The position numbers and the translations under genes are program-made. The notes under the pieces were generated by a model. That model ran no database searches, was not told the DNA's origin, and was given only the letters and a program-made list of their open reading frames with translations. DNA of 64,000 bases from Candidatus Omnitrophota bacterium. Lineage in GTDB: Bacteria > Omnitrophota > Gorgyraeia > S143-82. Positions 59,795 to 64,000 of the stretch are shown here, piece after piece. Positions within the stretch are counted from its first letter, which is position 1. Each line of letters begins with the position of its first letter. The stretch covers positions 4,627-68,626 of the forward strand of contig WGBD01000004.1 in the NCBI GenBank assembly GCA_015494465.1, in the 5' to 3' direction.

Positions 59795-61209
59795 TGGACG
59801 GCTTCATACCGACGGAAAAGATAGAGGATCTTCTGGCGAGGGAGGAAAAGGAGGATGCGTTCCGCCTCCGGGACATCCTCCAGAAGGCCTTGGCGATAGA
59901 GACCCTTTCTCCTGAGGAGGTGGCCTATCTTGTGAAGATAAGATCTCCGGAGCTGTGGGAGGAGGTGGAAAGGACCGCTCTGGAGGTAAAGAAGCGGGTG
60001 TACGACAATCGAATAGTGACCTTCGCCCCCTTGTATCTGGCAAATCTCTGCGTGAACAATTGCCTCTACTGTGGATTCCGCAGGGACAATCACCTAATGC
60101 GCAGGATGGTCCTTGATCTGGACAGGGTGGTAGAGGAGACGAAGGTCCTCTGCGGTGAGATAGGGCACAAGCGCCTGATCGTGGTCTATGGGGAACACCC
60201 CCAAACCGGGATAGACTACATCTGCTCCACCATCGAGTCGATATACTCGGTAAGGGTGCCCACCCGTAGGGGATACGGCTCGATACGACGGGTCAATGTG
60301 AACGCTCCACCGATGGATGTGGACGAATTAAGAAGGTTAAAGGAGGTCGGCATAGGGACCTATCAGGTCTTTCAGGAGACCTATCACCGGCCCACTTACG
60401 AGCAGGTCCATCCCAACGGGACCCGCAAGCACGACTACCTGTGGAGGCTGTACGTTATGCATCGGGCGATGGAGGCAGGGATAGACGATGTGGGTTTGGG
60501 GGTGCTCTTTGGCCTGTACGACTGGCGGTTTGAGGTAATCGCCTTGGTGTACCATGCCCTGGAACTGGAGAGGGAGTTCAACATAGGTCCACATACGATA
60601 TCCTTCCCGAGGCTCGAACCCGCCATAAACACCCCTTACGTCCAGGAGGCGAGGTATAAAGTATCCGACGGCGACTTCCTCAGGTTGATAACCATATTGA
60701 GACTGGCGGTTCCTTATACCGGACTGATCATAACCGCGAGGGAACCTGCCTGGATAAGGGATAGGGCAATACAGTTGGGGATAACCCAGACCGATGCGGA
60801 TACCCGGATAGGTATAGGTGCTTATTCGGACAGGATTACCGAGCAGGAGCTGGACCGTCAGCAGTTTCAACTTGGAGACACAAGGGGTCTCGACGAACTG
60901 ATCAGGGACCTTGCGGACATGGGCTACATCACCTCCTTTTGCACCGCGGGATACCGCTGTGGCCGGACTGGAGAGACGATAATGCACCTGCTCAAGAGCG
61001 GTGAAGAGGGTAAGTTCTGCAAACTCAACGCCATCCTCACCTTCAAGGAGTGGCTGGAGGACTTCGCCTCTGAAGAGACCAAACGAGTAGGGGAGCGGTT
61101 GATAGAGAGGGAGATGGAGGAGGTAAAGAGCCGGTTCCCCGAATTGTACCCGGCCCTTCAGAGGTATTATCAAGAGCTGGAGGTGGGCAAGAGGGATCTG
61201 TACTTTTAG
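59794..61209 (+). CDS. radical SAM protein of the ThiH/HydG (tyrosine lyase) family
   Basis: About 471 aa. CVNNCLYCGF radical-SAM cluster motif typical of ThiH/HydG/BioB-like enzymes. An extra C-terminal Cys triad (CTAGYRCG...FC) resembles the HydG auxiliary cluster region. TGATG overlap with truA. Confidence 0.75.
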   Translation: MDGFIPTEKIEDLLAREEKEDAFRLRDILQKALAIETLSPEEVAYLVKIRSPELWEEVERTALEVKKRVYDNRIVTFAPLYLANLCVNNCLYCGFRRDNHLMRRMVLDLDRVVEETKVLCGEIGHKRLIVVYGEHPQTGIDYICSTIESIYSVRVPTRRGYGSIRRVNVNAPPMDVDELRRLKEVGIGTYQVFQETYHRPTYEQVHPNGTRKHDYLWRLYVMHRAMEAGIDDVGLGVLFGLYDWRFEVIALVYHALELEREFNIGPHTISFPRLEPAINTPYVQEARYKVSDGDFLRLITILRLAVPYTGLIITAREPAWIRDRAIQLGITQTDADTRIGIGAYSDRITEQELDRQQFQLGDTRGLDELIRDLADMGYITSFCTAGYRCGRTGETIMHLLKSGEEGKFCKLNAILTFKEWLEDFASEETKRVGERLIEREMEEVKSRFPELYPALQRYYQELEVGKRDLYF

Positions 61210-61246
61210 CTCTCTTTAGTTGCCCTCTTCGTTTTTTGAGGTTAGA

Positions 61247-62365
61247 ATGAACCCTATGGATCGCGTTTTCGTCTCCACCCAGAAGGCAGTCTTTGGAGAG
61301 GGGCTCGAACTGGAGAGCGGACGCAAGATAGCCCCTCTGGAGATTGCCTATGAGACTTATGGAACATTGAACGAGAACCGCTCCAATGCAGTCCTGATCT
61401 GCCACGCCCTCTCAGGAAGCGCCCACGCAGCCTTCTGGCATCCTGACGATAGGAAACCGGGGTGGTGGGACGCCTTTATCGGTCCGGGCAAGGCCATAGA
61501 TACGAATAAGTTCTTCGTGGTCTGCTCGAATGTGATCGGGAGCTGTTACGGATCTTCGGGGCCGTTGTCTATAAACCCGGATACTGGCAAGCCCTACGGA
61601 TTGGACTTTCCGGTGGTTACCATTAACGACATGGTGAATGCCCAGGTGAAGTTGACGGAGTATCTGGGGATTAAGCGCTGGCTCTGCGTCATAGGTGGCT
61701 CTATGGGAGGGATGCAGGTCCTCTCCTGGGCCTTCCGCTATCCGGAGATGGTGTTTTCAGCGGTACCCATAGCCACGACCATGCAGCACACCGCCCAGCA
61801 GATCGCCTTCAATGCTGTGGGGAGGCAGGCAATCATGCGTGACCCCAACTGGAACAACGGAGATTATTACGGGAAGGAACCACCCTATCAGGGACTAGCG
61901 GTGGCCCGTATGATAGGGCACATAACCTATCTGAGCGATGAGGCGATGAACATAAAGTTTGCCCGCAGGTTAAAGGAGAAGGAGCAGTACGGGTACGATT
62001 TTTCCATAGACTTTGAGATCGAGAGCTATCTAGATTACCAAGGGGATTCCTTCGTCCAGCGGTTCGATGCCAACTCTTACCTCTACCTTACTAAGGCGAT
62101 AGACTACTTCGACCTGGCTTCGGACATAACGCCGGAGAAGATCTCAAGGATAGGGACCAAGTTCCTCGTCTTGAGCTTTTCCTCTGATTGGTTGTATCCG
62201 CCTTCGCAGGTAGAGGAGATTGCCAAGTTATTGGAGGCCCACAACAAGGATGTAAGTTATTGCTGTATCTCCTGTGATTACGGGCACGACTCATTCTTGC
62301 TATATAACCAGATGCAGGAACGACTGATAAAGGGTTTCTTGGAGCACCTGTTGTCAGAGGTGTAA
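61247..62365 (+). CDS. metX: homoserine O-acetyltransferase
   Basis: Alpha/beta hydrolase with MetX motifs (LEIAYETYGTLN, GGSMGGMQ). Start chosen at ATG 61247 behind a GAGG RBS. Confidence 0.9.
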   Translation: MNPMDRVFVSTQKAVFGEGLELESGRKIAPLEIAYETYGTLNENRSNAVLICHALSGSAHAAFWHPDDRKPGWWDAFIGPGKAIDTNKFFVVCSNVIGSCYGSSGPLSINPDTGKPYGLDFPVVTINDMVNAQVKLTEYLGIKRWLCVIGGSMGGMQVLSWAFRYPEMVFSAVPIATTMQHTAQQIAFNAVGRQAIMRDPNWNNGDYYGKEPPYQGLAVARMIGHITYLSDEAMNIKFARRLKEKEQYGYDFSIDFEIESYLDYQGDSFVQRFDANSYLYLTKAIDYFDLASDITPEKISRIGTKFLVLSFSSDWLYPPSQVEEIAKLLEAHNKDVSYCCISCDYGHDSFLLYNQMQERLIKGFLEHLLSEV

Positions 62366-62367
62366 GC

Positions 62368-62964
62368 ATGGCGATCAATAGGCGAAGGGACTATCAGCTC
62401 ATAGAAGAGATCGTATCTGAAGGGGCTAGGGTACTGGATCTGGGATGCGGAGAGGGGGATCTCCTCTTGGCCCTCAAGCGCTACAGACGGGTCAAGGGAT
62501 ATGGGATAGAGGTGAAGGAGGAGAAGGTTGCCTCCTGCGTAGAGAAGGGCCTGGAGGTCCATCACGGGGATCTTGAGTCGCTCGTGGGGATCTATCCCAA
62601 CGACTCCTTCGATTATGTGATCCTGTCCCGGACGATACAGGAGATCCGGAATCCCCAACATGTCCTGCGCGAGATAGTCCGGATTGGCAGACAAGCCATC
62701 GTGAGCTTCCCCAATTTTGCTCATTGGAAGATAAGATTTCACCTCATGTTCAAGGGTACTGCACCCAAAAATCCGGCCCTCCCCTACGAGTGGTACAACT
62801 CACCTAATGTTCACTACCTTAGCATAAAGGACTTCTATAAGTTCTGTGCCTCTCATGGAATAGAAGTTTTGCGGGCGGAATTCTTTACTGGCTATTCCAA
62901 GGTCAGTTTCTGGCCAAACTTCTTCGCTGAAGAGGCCTTATTCCTTATCAAAAGGGCAGAATAG
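62368..62964 (+). CDS. metW: methionine biosynthesis protein MetW
   Basis: 198 aa, SAM-methyltransferase-like MetW pattern (VLDLGCGEGDLL). Canonical metX-metW pair. Confidence 0.85.
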   Translation: MAINRRRDYQLIEEIVSEGARVLDLGCGEGDLLLALKRYRRVKGYGIEVKEEKVASCVEKGLEVHHGDLESLVGIYPNDSFDYVILSRTIQEIRNPQHVLREIVRIGRQAIVSFPNFAHWKIRFHLMFKGTAPKNPALPYEWYNSPNVHYLSIKDFYKFCASHGIEVLRAEFFTGYSKVSFWPNFFAEEALFLIKRAE

Positions 62965-62998
62965 TTAGCACTTCTCATAGTTGTTTGCAAAAAAAATC

Positions 62999-63027
62999 TT
63001 GACACGCTGTGCCTGGCTGAGTAAAAT
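62999..63027 (+). promoter_or_regulatory. consensus sigma70 promoter (TTGACA-17nt-TAAAAT) of groESL
   Basis: Perfect -35 hexamer and 17-nt spacer, seen directly in the sequence. Confidence 0.5.
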
Positions 63028-63053
63028 TAGCAATCCCAGAGGTGGAGTGATAA
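63027..63053 (+). promoter_or_regulatory. CIRCE-like inverted repeat (HrcA operator) TTAGCAATC-N9-GAGTGATAA
   Basis: Matches CIRCE consensus TTAGCACTC-N9-GAGTGCTAA with one symmetrical substitution per arm. Lies between the -10 element and the groES RBS, as in many bacteria. Confidence 0.55.
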
Positions 63054-63096
63054 TTTAGGTGGATTGTCACTTTCTGATCAAAGAGGAGGTGGAAGC

Positions 63097-63390
63097 ATGA
63101 AGTTCAGACCGCTTGGAGACCGGGTCTTGATCAAGGTATTGGAGGCAGAAGAGAAGACAAAGGGTGGTATAGTCCTGCCGGACACTGCCAAAGAGCGCCC
63201 ACAGCAAGGAAAGGTAATCGCCGTGGGCAAAGGCAAACTCCTGGAGAACGGAGAGATAAAACCTTTAGAGGTAAAAGAAGGCGATATCGTGGTGTTCAGC
63301 AAGTATGCTGGCACCGAGGTGCGTACCAAGGATGGAGAGGAATACCTCATATTGCGTGAGGACGACATCTTGGCAATCGTGGAGGAATAA
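63097..63390 (+). CDS. groES: co-chaperonin GroES
   Basis: [14 protein letters not shown]... Start at ATG 63097 behind RBS AAGAGGAGGTGG; the longer ORF-track start at 63064 is unlikely. Confidence 0.95.
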   Translation: MKFRPLGDRVLIKVLEAEEKTKGGIVLPDTAKERPQQGKVIAVGKGKLLENGEIKPLEVKEGDIVVFSKYAGTEVRTKDGEEYLILREDDILAIVEE

Positions 63391-63396
63391 GTCTAA

Positions 63397-64000
<604 letters not shown>

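Noticed and set aside
62964-62990. Second CIRCE-like sequence TTAGCACTT upstream of the groES promoter
   Set aside because: Only one arm is present and there is no inverted partner at N9 spacing. It is probably a degenerate remnant, and the real operator is 63027-63053.

Overview
This 64 kb window is a gene-dense, almost entirely co-directional stretch of a bacterial chromosome. I call about 62 CDS, 60 of them on the + strand, plus four tRNAs. The organism looks like a moderately GC-rich anaerobic, possibly thermophilic, diderm bacterium; I cannot place it more precisely. Evidence for that guess: PPi-PFK plus ppdK, Rex, SurA-like and LpxL-like genes, compact overlapping genes.

Most of the content is core housekeeping: rplU-rpmA-obg, rpe, ilvE, speH-speE, secG, alaS, hisD, glyS, ppdK, hisB-hisH, ispG, rseP, rimP, uppS-cdsA-dxr, pcm, rpsO-pnp, ftsK, rimO, truA, metX-metW and groES-groEL (groEL runs off the window).

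The regions that look unusual are:
- a 1060-aa secreted protein on the minus strand beside tRNA-Arg, with a Sec signal peptide, an internal twin-arginine-like segment and a C-terminal His/Cys motif;
- a hypothetical membrane protein sandwiched between tRNA-Arg and tRNA-His;
- a GAF-GAF-ANTAR regulator and Rex, followed by two tandem GT9 (heptosyltransferase-like) paralogs that share a CX2CX4CX4C cluster and a novel C-terminal extension;
- a second AdoMetDC-like paralog downstream of speH-speE;
- a glycolipid module: a GT28 MGDG-synthase-like gene followed by an acyltransferase-GT2 fusion;
- an orphan CpaF/TadA-type ATPase;
- a FecR-like secreted protein with a Cys/Pro/Ser-rich tail, plus a small membrane protein, beside tRNA-Thr;
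- an orphan HydG/ThiH-family radical SAM gene upstream of metXW.

I found no CRISPR array, transposase, integrase, or recognisable defence system. The many long antisense ORFs in the track look like GC-driven artefacts.
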